A stretch of DNA of 32,000 bases, taken from Amoeboradix gromovi X-113. Lineage: Eukaryota; Fungi; Sanchytriomycota. The notes below the pieces were generated by a model. It saw only the letters and a program-made list of their open reading frames with translations, did not search any database and had not been told where the DNA came from. Positions 21,007 to 30,433 of this stretch are shown here, piece after piece. Numbering within the stretch: position 1 is the stretch's first letter; the number at the start of each line of letters is the position of its first letter. The stretch spans positions 1 to 32,000 of the forward strand of contig JADGIF010000015.1 of NCBI GenBank assembly GCA_018985225.1. Direction: 5' to 3'. The translations under genes and the position numbers were made by a program.

Positions 21007-21993
21007 ATGTCCCAAATTAATCACAAGTCATCAAAGTTGAGACTGTTTGACATTGGTGCCAATTTAACAGACGATGTATTTAGAGGTAAGTACAGAGGAA
21101 AACACAAGCACGAGGATGATTTCGACGAAATTATAAATAGATCAATGGCGATGGGAGTAGAACATATTTTGGTCACAGGTACGACACTGGAAGAGAGCAA
21201 AATCGCACTAGAATTAGTGAAGCGCCGAGAAAGAATGTATAGTACCATAGGGGTACACCCAACAAGATGCAGTGATCTAACTGACGACACAATTGTAAAC
21301 ATGAAAGAGATAATTGATTTAAAGGAATCGAAAATAAAGGCAATAGGTGAAATTGGGCTAGATTATGACAGGCTACAATTCTGCGATAAGGAAAAACAAC
21401 TGAAAGGGTACGAATTGCAGTTGGAAATGGCTAAACAGTATAACCTACCGTTATTTTTGCACGATAGAAACACAGGACTAGACTTTTACAATGTAACCAA
21501 AAAGCATATTAGCGATCTAAACGGTGGTGTGGTTCACTCATTTACATCTAGTATGGAGCAAATGAAAAGATTAGTCGAACTAGGTCTTTATATTGGAATA
21601 AATGGTTGCTCTTTGAAAACGGAAGAAAACATAAATGTAGTAAGGCAAATTCCTTTGCGTAACATCATGTTAGAAACTGATTGCCCTTGGTGCTCTATCA
21701 AGCGTTCTCACGCTGGTTTCAAATATTTTAATGACAATAAGTTGTTGGAGCTACAACAATTTGGTGTAGAGTATCCCAAAGTAGAATACCGCTTCCCATC
21801 TTATGCATTTGATCTAGATAATGTTGTAGGCAAACCTGAAAAGTGGGTATCTAAGAAGATGGTCAAGAACAGAAACGAACCAAGTTCAATCATAAAAGTC
21901 TTGTGCATAGTGTCTGGCATTAAAGACGTCCCCGTTAAGGAACTGGCAGAGGCAGCTTTCTTAAACTCCAAGACATTATTCAACGTGAAATAA
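21007..21993 (+). CDS. TATDN1: TatD family DNase (TATDN1-like)
   Basis: FDIGANLTD, TIGVHPTRC, GEIGLDYDRL, LPLFLH, GVVHSFT, INGCSLKT, ETDCPWC, RNEP. Confidence 0.95.
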   Translation: MSQINHKSSKLRLFDIGANLTDDVFRGKYRGKHKHEDDFDEIINRSMAMGVEHILVTGTTLEESKIALELVKRRERMYSTIGVHPTRCSDLTDDTIVNMKEIIDLKESKIKAIGEIGLDYDRLQFCDKEKQLKGYELQLEMAKQYNLPLFLHDRNTGLDFYNVTKKHISDLNGGVVHSFTSSMEQMKRLVELGLYIGINGCSLKTEENINVVRQIPLRNIMLETDCPWCSIKRSHAGFKYFNDNKLLELQQFGVEYPKVEYRFPSYAFDLDNVVGKPEKWVSKKMVKNRNEPSSIIKVLCIVSGIKDVPVKELAEAAFLNSKTLFNVK

Positions 21994-22000
21994 ATTTATT
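21989..22000. terminator. Bidirectional poly(A) signal AATAAATTTATT containing both stop codons
   Basis: Perfect palindrome. The plus-strand AATAAA includes the TatD TAA and the minus-strand AATAAA includes the neighbour's TAA. Confidence 0.6.
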
Positions 22001-22433
22001 TTTGCATTTTTTTGTTCCTTTTAACCATTTGGCCTGGAATAATTCCAGAAGCTTTTAGGGGCAATGGCTTCTTTGAATCTATCAAGGATTCTCTTAAAAG
22101 TGCAAGAGTTTCTTTTTTTTGCTGGAATGAATATGTCTTGTTCTTAATCAAGGTTATCCATGCATTGTAGAGCAGTTTACCAGATGGAGTACTTGGATCT
22201 GGTTTTTCTGGTATCAAATCTTTATAATATCCACCGTATACAGCCTTGACTAACTTTATGTCTTTATCAGCTAAATCGAACTCTTTTCCGTTTCTACTGA
22301 GGTCATTTAAGCTCGTATTTGGATAGACTTTCGTTTCAGATACAGACGGAAGCTGCCAATTATACACTTTTCCTTGAATTTCTTCCGCAAATTCTTTAGG
22401 GATGTTTTGTCGAAGTACTTTTGAAAATTGCAT
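21996..22433 (-). CDS. Hypothetical protein, possibly mitochondrial
   Basis: 145-aa ORF exactly filling the gap. N-terminus MQFSKVLRQ resembles a targeting peptide. The stop is embedded in AATAAA. Confidence 0.65.
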   Translation of the reverse strand: MQFSKVLRQNIPKEFAEEIQGKVYNWQLPSVSETKVYPNTSLNDLSRNGKEFDLADKDIKLVKAVYGGYYKDLIPEKPDPSTPSGKLLYNAWITLIKNKTYSFQQKKETLALLRESLIDSKKPLPLKASGIIPGQMVKRNKKMQK

Positions 22434-22454
22434 CAAACAATTCTCCTCAGAATC

Positions 22455-22658
22455 ATGAATATCATTTTGCCAGTAACTAGAAGAACCGTTACCTTGAGTA
22501 ATGGAAGCAAAATAACTTTGCTGACTACTCTAAACAGAAATATAAAAACTTCTGTAGATATCTTTAATTGTGCGCTAATGAATCCTTCAATGAAAGAGGC
22601 ACAAAGTGGAAAAGCAATGGAATTTGCTAAAAAATATGGTGACATTGACGTATTCTAA
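22455..22658 (+). CDS. Mitochondrial ribosomal protein bL31m-like
   Basis: TVTLSNGSKITLLTT...DIFNCALMNPS...GKAMEFAKKYG follows the L31 pattern (L.DGST...D...HP.W....GR...F..KFG). Confidence 0.7.
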   Translation: MNIILPVTRRTVTLSNGSKITLLTTLNRNIKTSVDIFNCALMNPSMKEAQSGKAMEFAKKYGDIDVF

Positions 22659-22697
22659 TAATAAATTATTTATTTTACCCAAGGCAATGCAATATGA

Positions 22698-23096
22698 CTA
22701 TTTTGGGGGTTTAGGTGCATTGGCTGAAGCAATAACTGGTGGCATTCCCGGAGAATTTTGTGCAACTGAATCTACAGGTGCGTTTAGATGACTCTGTAAT
22801 GGAGGCCTAGCAAGCATTGGTTGAATAATCCCTGACATGTTCATAGCAGTTCTTTTTGTTCTGACTGCGGCCGGAGGTGCTATAGACTGTACCGACTGAA
22901 CATATTCACCTTTTATAACGAGCAATCCCAATGGTCGTCGCTCTTTCCTCCTTACTTCTTCACAATCTTCTAATACTAAATTCATATGTTTATCATATGC
23001 TAATAGTTGCCCAATCAATATTCTGTGATCGTCTAAATGCAGTTCCACTTTATGTCCTATTAATTGCTCTAATTTGGATCTCTTTGCGTTCACCAT
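22698..23096 (-). CDS. SMB1: snRNP Sm protein B
   Basis: Sm1 motif GQLLAYDKHMNLVLEDCEE, Sm2 motif RRPLGLLVIKGEYV, and a Pro-rich tail. Confidence 0.93.
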   Translation of the reverse strand: MVNAKRSKLEQLIGHKVELHLDDHRILIGQLLAYDKHMNLVLEDCEEVRRKERRPLGLLVIKGEYVQSVQSIAPPAAVRTKRTAMNMSGIIQPMLARPPLQSHLNAPVDSVAQNSPGMPPVIASANAPKPPK

Positions 23097-23165
23097 CCCC
23101 TAATTTTAAAAATTAAAAGCGCGCTGTGATTGGGACACACTTTGAGAAATAACCAAACTACAAGA

Positions 23166-23637
23166 GAGACATCAAATATAAAAACTGGACTAACTTTCTG
23201 CGACAACTTGGAACATTATTTCAGCTTTATTAATTTTATGGATTCAAGAGGCGAGTTGACGAGTATGAAAGGAAAATAAATAACTTTTTGTATCGAAATT
23301 TCAAAAATAAATATTCTGTACAGCTTTTCTCTTACTCTTTCAAATAAAATATCACTATCACACTTCAAAGAAATAGATAAGAGTAATAATGTTAGTATAA
23401 CATTGCAAAATGGCTCTAGAAAAGAGTACCGTCTAAGAAGATGCACCTTTTGCTTAGATGCTCAAAGACCTCATATATTTGAACGAGATGCAGGGTCTTC
23501 CACTATTATTTTGAAGAGGGGATTGAAAGTAATGAAAGAAAACTGGTATAATAGAAGATCTTTTATTAATGATAGCATTTCCTACGTATGGTGCACCTCT
23601 AAAAACGAGTTGGTCTAGTTTTTATATTTGGTGTCCC
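23166..23637 (+). mobile_element. Family B TIR element B3
   Basis: aaga|gagacatcaaatataaaaactggactaact ... agttggtctagtttttatatttggtgtccc|aagt. ORF 23403-23618 reads NGSRKEYRLRRCTFCLDAQRPHIFERDAGSSTIILKRG. Confidence 0.9.
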
Positions 23638-24017
23638 AAGTGACTCCGATAATGCTGCATCATAATGTTAAAGTGTTCAAGTTCTTTATTGTCAATTTGG
23701 TCTACATGTGTAGTTGAATAACTATTTTGAGAACTGGATTGCTATCCGATCAAAGATGGCTGACTTTGACTTGTCCAAATTGCTGGTTATTATGAGTTAC
23801 AACCATATCCTCTACCATTACTCGATAGTAGAAATATCACAAGCTGATTTTTCTCACGAATAAAAGTGAGCTAAAGAAAGAACAAGTGGCGATTTGTTAA
23901 ACTTGACACCGCTCCGGTTGATAGCTTACTGTAGTAAAGCTTAATAAAAGGGATTCAGTTAACCGAGTTATTCACAGAGGTACTGCCTCTGGTTCATATT
24001 TATGTCACACATATTGA

Positions 24018-25148
24018 TTATTCTATCTTTAAACGGTTGTTTTTCAAAATGCTCATGTAGATATAAACAAAATAGACATGGCCAGATACAAATATCAGGC
24101 TACTAATCCATAAGTAAATAAATGTCTCTTTCCCGTGAAATTCTAAATAGTAAGCAAAACACAACCATACTAACTGCGATCCACCCCAAAGTAAAGCTGT
24201 TAAAAGAGCTTGCTTCCTAGTGAATTTCTTAAGGTTTGAAATACAAAATGGTACAAAACAGAGATACCATACAAGGTATTGTGATGTTATTACTTTATTA
24301 AATCCTACAAACAGAACAGTCTGTAGGAATATGGCGTCGTACAAGAAACTACTGTACCTTATTCCAATTAATCCTATAAGAACAAACTGGGGGAAAAATC
24401 CTGCCAAAGATAGGACTTTTTCAAGTGCAGTTCCATGAGAAAGATAAAGCGGATAAAAATAAGCAGAAAAGTTATGGCGATGATCTTTACGAACCACATG
24501 ATATAAATATGACTCATAGATAAAAGTGTAACCGTATAAATGATAAAAAAAAAGAAACAGCAATAGAAACGAGGAAGCTGATATAATAAAGAACTTCAAT
24601 GATTTAAAAGACACACATTGGAATATTCTGTGGGATAGGGAACCATGTGTATTATTTATATATGATAGAATAGTTGGAGCATAAATTATTGGATAAATTT
24701 TAATGTGACATGCTAAGCCAAAGGAAAGAGCCGCCAATATAAGACTATTTTTCTTTAGCAAAAAGAATGACAGCAATATCACATAGCTTACAAAGGATTC
24801 AGCATTACCCCTAACAGATATTATAGCATTAATCGGGTTGTACAACCAATATGTGGAATCAAAATGTTGAGCTTCTATCAAAACACCAATAAGCAAATCA
24901 AAAATTATAAATAGAATCTTACCAAAGTACGGAAAATGTATGTTACCAATCATCATGTATGCCAATAGGGGAGTATATCGGTATGTCGATCTTTCAAATG
25001 GAGAATTTCCATTAGAAACAAATTCAGCTGCATCAGTAAATACATAGTAGTCGATATCTGTAAACTTTACTTGGTAGTTATCTAAAACTACTGATATTCC
25101 AACCAGGACCGCTCGGATAAGGCATGCAACCGCAAACGACACTTTCAT
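24018..25148 (-). CDS. GPI14: GPI mannosyltransferase 1 (PIG-M)
   Basis: KFTDIDYYVFTDAA, SPFERSTYRYTPLLA, ISVRGNAES, HIKIYPIIY, RKDHRHNFS, FNKVITSQY. The upstream ATG (25187) falls inside element A7. Confidence 0.96.
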   Translation of the reverse strand: MKVSFAVACLIRAVLVGISVVLDNYQVKFTDIDYYVFTDAAEFVSNGNSPFERSTYRYTPLLAYMMIGNIHFPYFGKILFIIFDLLIGVLIEAQHFDSTYWLYNPINAIISVRGNAESFVSYVILLSFFLLKKNSLILAALSFGLACHIKIYPIIYAPTILSYINNTHGSLSHRIFQCVSFKSLKFFIISASSFLLLFLFFYHLYGYTFIYESYLYHVVRKDHRHNFSAYFYPLYLSHGTALEKVLSLAGFFPQFVLIGLIGIRYSSFLYDAIFLQTVLFVGFNKVITSQYLVWYLCFVPFCISNLKKFTRKQALLTALLWGGSQLVWLCFAYYLEFHGKETFIYLWISSLIFVSGHVYFVYIYMSILKNNRLKIE

Positions 25149-25161
25149 GGTTTCAAAATTA

Positions 25162-25501
25162 CAAATCGATTTACTTGATGTAATCATTTATCGTGAGCAG
25201 CGAATTCTATTTCTCACACTGGCAATATTTCTAGATTTCTAGTTGAATAAATACAAGATGTTTTTCTTGGAAAAAAAACGTCTCCAAATCACCACAGCCC
25301 GGAATATTCCAAATCTAAAGAAATCGCTAGCAGATAGAGAAAATATGGTAGCAAGGAACATGACGTTAATTAAACACATCCTATTTAATCCGGCCTCTGG
25401 GCGGTGGAATCGTAAGCAGTCGTTGTGGCGGATTGAATGGCGGTGTTAGTTTCTCAGCGAAAATCTCAAATTTCTCGTAAATCAGGAATTCTGGTGAGGA
25501 G
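25162..25501 (+). mobile_element. Family A minimal element A7
   Basis: Left-end-like taatcattttatcgtgag. PEYSKSKEIAS remnant fused directly to DRENMVARN. Diverged scaffold ending gtgaggAG. Confidence 0.75.
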
Positions 25502-25626
25502 ACATGATATTTGGAATGCGTAGATACTCGGATCATTTCTTTGGCTTCTGTGCTAGCAAACAGCTACATTTCAGATTTCTGCTAAGTATTGGTGCCCTGG
25601 AGACCAATAATTTTAGAAACATCAAT

Positions 25627-25881
25627 ATGGCAATTAAACTCAAGAACCTTTCGACATTCAACGAACCTTTGGAAAATCCTAAAGTACTTGTTAAGTTTAA
25701 AAATAATTCTGGTTACTTGAAAATATCTACACCATCGGAAACGTTTATTTACAAAGGCAACGATTTTAGTGGAATATTTAGGATCTATGCCAAAATAACT
25801 TCTGAAATTCTTGAATTTGATGTTAATGTTAACAAGATTGTTAAAAGACTTAAAAAGGCACAAGACTCTCAGAAGTACTAG
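25627..25881 (+). CDS. Small protein, tentatively SRP9/Srp21-like
   Basis: 84-aa ORF followed by AATAAA. PKVLVKFKNNSGYLKISTPSETFIYK loosely resembles the SRP9/21 beta-sheet core. Confidence 0.45.
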   Translation: MAIKLKNLSTFNEPLENPKVLVKFKNNSGYLKISTPSETFIYKGNDFSGIFRIYAKITSEILEFDVNVNKIVKRLKKAQDSQKY

Positions 25882-25917
25882 TTTTACGAATAAATGTTTT
25901 TTTTATTTTTTAAAACA

Positions 25918-27094
25918 ATGCTTGCAAACGTTTACGAAAGACAAGCGCAGCATTTAGAGCTTAGAATCAACAATACCAAAAGCAATCTTGCACGTTTAAA
26001 AGCTCAGCGAAACCTCTTGAATATCCAAGTTCGATTACTAGGTGAAGAATACCAACTGCTCCAATCCCCACCATCTCATATTGGTGAATTTCTCAAGATA
26101 GTGAACGACAAGGCACTGGTCAAATGCCAGCCTGATGGAAAATACTTGGTTAGCATTTCTGATGAAGTTGATAAGAAATTGCTAACCACTAGCACTCGTG
26201 TGGCTTTGAAGCATGACAACTACTCTCTTTACAAGATTTTACCCAATAAAGTTGATCCTCTAGTATCTTTAATGATGGTTGAAAAGGTACCAGATGCTTC
26301 CTACGATATGATTGGGGGTCTAGATGAACAGATTAAGGAGATTAAAGAAGTTATCGAATTGCCAATTAAGCATCCTGAACTGTTCGATTCGTTAGGAATT
26401 GAACAACCCAAGGGTGTACTGTTATATGGCCCACCAGGAACTGGTAAGACATTATTAGCAAGGGCAGTCGCCCATCACACAGATTGCAAGTTCATTAGAG
26501 TCAGTGGTAGTGAGTTAGTACAGAAATACATTGGAGAAGGCTCTAGAATGGTTAGAGAACTGTTTGTCATGGCTAGAGAGCACGCCCCGAGTATTATATT
26601 CATGGACGAAATCGATTCCATTGGTAGCAGTCGTTCAGAGGGAAGTGGAGACAGTGAAGTACAGCGCACAATGTTGGAACTTTTAAATCAATTGGACGGA
26701 TTTGAGCAGACCAAGAACATTAAAATTATCATGGCAACCAACCGTATTTTGATCTCATATAGGAATTGATATTCTGGACTCCGCATTATTAAGACCTGGT
26801 AGAATAGATCGTAAAATAGAATTCCCGCCTCCATCAGAGGATGCTAGATTGGATATTTTAAAGATTCATTCAAGAAAGATGAATCTGCAGCGAGGAATTA
26901 ATCTTAGAAAGATTGCAAGTTTAATGTCTGGATGTACTGGTGCCGAAGTCAAGGGAGTTTGCACAGAGGCTGGAATGTATGCATTAAGAGAAAGACGAAT
27001 ACATGTATCACAGGAAGATTTTGAAATGGCAGTGACAAAGATATTAAAGAAAGATAGTGAACAAAACTTGAGCATTACGAAATTGTTCAAGTAA
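25918..27094 (+). CDS. RPT6: 26S proteasome AAA ATPase Rpt6 (exons 25918-26743, 26763-27094)
   Basis: [54 protein letters not shown]. Splicing restores [25 protein letters not shown]. Confidence 0.98.
26744..26762 (+). other. 19-nt spliceosomal intron (RPT6)
   Basis: GTATTTTGATCTCATATAG. Removal restores the conserved AAA second region of homology exactly. Confidence 0.95.
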
Positions 27095-27129
27095 ATCAAT
27101 TAAACTCGTTTATTATTTATGTGCTTTTC

Positions 27130-28081
27130 TTATGCCCATTTTCCAATGACAGCCATAGCTGCACTTCCTGACCAGAATGCAATTATTTGACCCATTTGCT
27201 TGGCGGTAGAGATTGTTTTGAAAGAATCATTTTGAAAGTGAGGACCAATGATGTTTAGCAAGCCGTCATACAACAGAATCCCGCAACTGAGGCCTTCTAA
27301 TATCCCAATTGCAATCAAAGTAGCTACGGAATTTTCACTATACCATTCATGTACTGCGACACCAATACACATACCAAATGGAGTGGCTAAACTATAGAAG
27401 CACACCATTAAAGCACTGAATAAGCCACCAGAGATCTTAGCATCAGTAACAATTGCTGACAATGCGATACCTTCAAAAAACTGGTGGAAGCCTAAAGCTA
27501 TCAAGAGTATTTCAAATTCATTTACAGTGACACCGAGCGTTAAACCTACTATCACGGAATGAGTTGCAATTCCAAGTTCGAGAAGGCATATCGTAAGTCT
27601 GCTTATTCCTTCTCCTCTAACACCATGACCGCAGTTAGGAAATTTTTCAGTTCCTTTGGGAGAGCAGTTATGTTTTGGCAGTGCTACTTTATCCGTCATA
27701 ACCTTAGAAACCATAATTTGAACAAAATGGGTAAGTAGTATTCCCAGTATAGCAAATACAGAAGAGAAGCCAGTGTATTCAGTGAAAAAATCAGGTAGAC
27801 ATGGATTTGTTAAGTTTTCGTGTGACGGTATGAGCATATGAACTAAAGCGGTTGATATGATGACCCCTATATTAAAAAATGTTACCTGCCCCAAAGCATT
27901 TTAAGCCTTGCACAATGTATTCACCAAAGGATGATTTTAAGACTTTTGAAAAGGCAATAGGAACCAGTGTACCCAAACATGACAATCCCATTATCAGAAA
28001 TATAGCACCAACGTGATAAGCAAAATCGTAATTTTCTTGCTGGCTGAATGCGCAGTCTGGCCTTGTAGCATTTCCTTCCAT
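27130..28081 (-). CDS. ZIP family zinc/iron permease, Zrt1-like (exons 28081-27886, 27866-27130)
   Basis: HVGAIFLIM, spliced KCFGAGVIISTALVHML, LELGIATHSVIVG, HQFFEG, AVIGKWA. Confidence 0.93.
27867..27885 (-). other. 19-nt spliceosomal intron (ZIP)
   Basis: GTAACATTTTTTAATATAG. Removal restores the conserved FG.GVI..TA..H motif. Confidence 0.93.
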
Positions 28082-28579
28082 TTGTATTTCCTAAAGTTTG
28101 TCCCGTTTGAAAAGATACCACGTGTATATCCAATTAGGTATCTTGTAACAAAACCGTCGGTTGGAAATCAGCATGATTGGTTTGATAAATTTGTGCCAAG
28201 TTGTGGAGCCATTTCAATTAACCATTGGTACTTTATTTATTTACTGTTGCATGAAAACAAAAGCAGTCAATTGATCTACCAATTTCCGAAAAGGAAAAAA
28301 GACAATGAACCAATCATACTAGCTATATTGTCAGCATCCCCAGCAAGAAGCCTGTTTTTAATTTGTACGCCGACAAAAATAACAGATTAAGGAGCTCAGG
28401 GATTGCGTTCCCCAAAGACCAGATTGTTGTAATTAGTGTTAGTACCTCTATGAATTACTCTTAGGATGCAAGTTGTCGTGTCACAACAATTATGAAGTTA
28501 TTTGAAGCCTTCTAGCAAATAGCGAAAGGCCAAGTGTCTACTTGAATTTGAGCATAAACTGAAATTTATAGGCCACAAG

Positions 28580-30331
28580 ATGTTTTACTTGGTTCAGCTA
28601 ATCTCAACGATCCTAGTGTATCCAGAATTTCCGATAGATAATGAGCTAAACGAAGTAGAGATATCTGATCTCAATAGATCTAATAAAATCATCATGCAAA
28701 TTTTAAATTTTAACTTCACTTTGATGAAATCTGATAATAGTCCTGTGTATTCTTTTAATGGAACCGACTTTACAAACATAGATAACGATGACTGCTACTT
28801 CACATCATTTGAGACATCAGGCTCATTTTACCTATGCAACGGGGTTTCTGGGACTTTCACTAGTAAAAACGGAACAGCATACAAAATAGAGCCTCTATAT
28901 ACATCAGAAGTCGGAATAGCTGAAATCACTAAAGAACATGAGCTATTTACGATGGATTCATTGTCTGGTAGTTATTGCGGTTCCAAGGAAACAGATTTTG
29001 ATACCAACCCCTTCGGAATCCATAAGAGAAATCTTGATGCTACGACTTCCTTAGCCAGTAGAATTGTAGATACTGTGCTCTACCTGGACTTTTCATTTTA
29101 CCAGGACAGAGGTGCAAATTCTGTAACAGATGCTCAAAAATTTGTAAATGGTGCAAATAATCTTTACTTGCGAAACGATTTCACAACACCATTATACTTG
29201 AACATAACTGCTATTATTCTACTAACTTCTGATCTATTTATATTGGAAACCGATCCTAATTCGGTAAACAAGTTTTTAAATCTATTTTACGAGTATACAG
29301 TTGAACTTTCTGATAAATACCCAAGCATATCATATATATCAGACCCTGATATATCCTTCTTATTAAGCCATCGTCAAACTCTACCCACAAGTACTGTCGG
29401 GTTAGCATATCTCGGCGGGGCCTGTAATAAGTTGAAAACCTATAATGTCGGGTTGGCGACGAGACTAGACACAAGGTTAGATAGCTGGATATCACTGGTG
29501 ATTGCTCACGAAATCGGTCATTTATTGGGCGCCAGCCATGATGGCAACAATAATAACTGCGGAAAAAGCGGAAATATTATGTCTGCCATAGTTGAGAGCG
29601 GCAATCCTATTGCGGTTAATCAGTTCAGCAGCTGTTCGAAATCATACATTAACAAATTTATTACATCAGAAGGAAGTGAATGTCTACTCGCCCAATCGAC
29701 AGCAAGTAACCAAACCTGTGGAAACCTTTTTGTTGATCCTGGAGAAGAGTACTTGTAAATCTAATTTAGGTGTGATGCTGGATTAAACGGCTCGGAGTGC
29801 TGTACAAAAGAATGCAAGTTGAAGTTAAATTCTCAATGTGATGATAACAATGGGCCTTGCTGTGAAAATTGCATGTTGAAAAACAGTACAAGCATATGTC
29901 GACCTAAAAAAACCAATGCATACTATTCTTGTGATGAACCAGAGTACTGCAATGGGTATTCCCCAATATGCCCTGCCGATACTTCAGTCAACGCAAATGG
30001 CCCGTGTACTTCATTAAATAATGAGTTTGGAATATGTTACAAAAGTGGCATATGCATGACTAGATCTGTTGCATGTAAGATAATGAGCCAGCAGCTTTTT
30101 CGCAATCTGAAATATGATGATTCCTGCGACCAAAATCATGATTGCAGTATTATATGCAGCGATGGGTTGAGTTGCTACAATTTTACAGATCTTGGCATAT
30201 CTAATTTTTATGATCAAGGCCAACTTTGTGGCATGAATATGGACCAGTATTGCTCAAACGATGGAGTATGTAAATACTCACCAATAGGAACGATGCAAAA
30301 CAGCACAGCTAATAGATTGAGATTGTTTTGA
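28580..30331 (+). CDS. ADAM/reprolysin (M12B) metalloprotease with disintegrin and Cys-rich domains (exons 28580-29748, 29770-30331)
   Basis: Prodomain CNGVSGTF...YKIEP, KR processing site, GLAYLGGAC, HEIGHLLGASHD, Met-turn NIMS. Spliced CGNLFVDPGEECDAG...CC disintegrin, CDEPEYCNG.S..CPAD. Confidence 0.93.
29749..29769 (+). other. 21-nt spliceosomal intron (ADAM) containing an in-frame stop
   Basis: GTACTTGTAAATCTAATTTAG. Removal restores GEECD. Confidence 0.92.
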
Positions 30332-30433
30332 CAAATAAATAATTTTACTTTTATTACAGCATGCTTTTCGATGTGATAAGCCCGTTGGCAGTGGTATTCA
30401 TTAATTTTAAAACTTTGACCTGTGTTTCAAACA

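Noticed and set aside
26744-26762. Frameshift errors or pseudogenisation in RPT6, RPN2, MCM3, ZIP, ADAM and the kinase
   Set aside because: Each break coincides with a GT...AG segment sharing one 3' consensus, and its removal restores the frame and conserved motifs.
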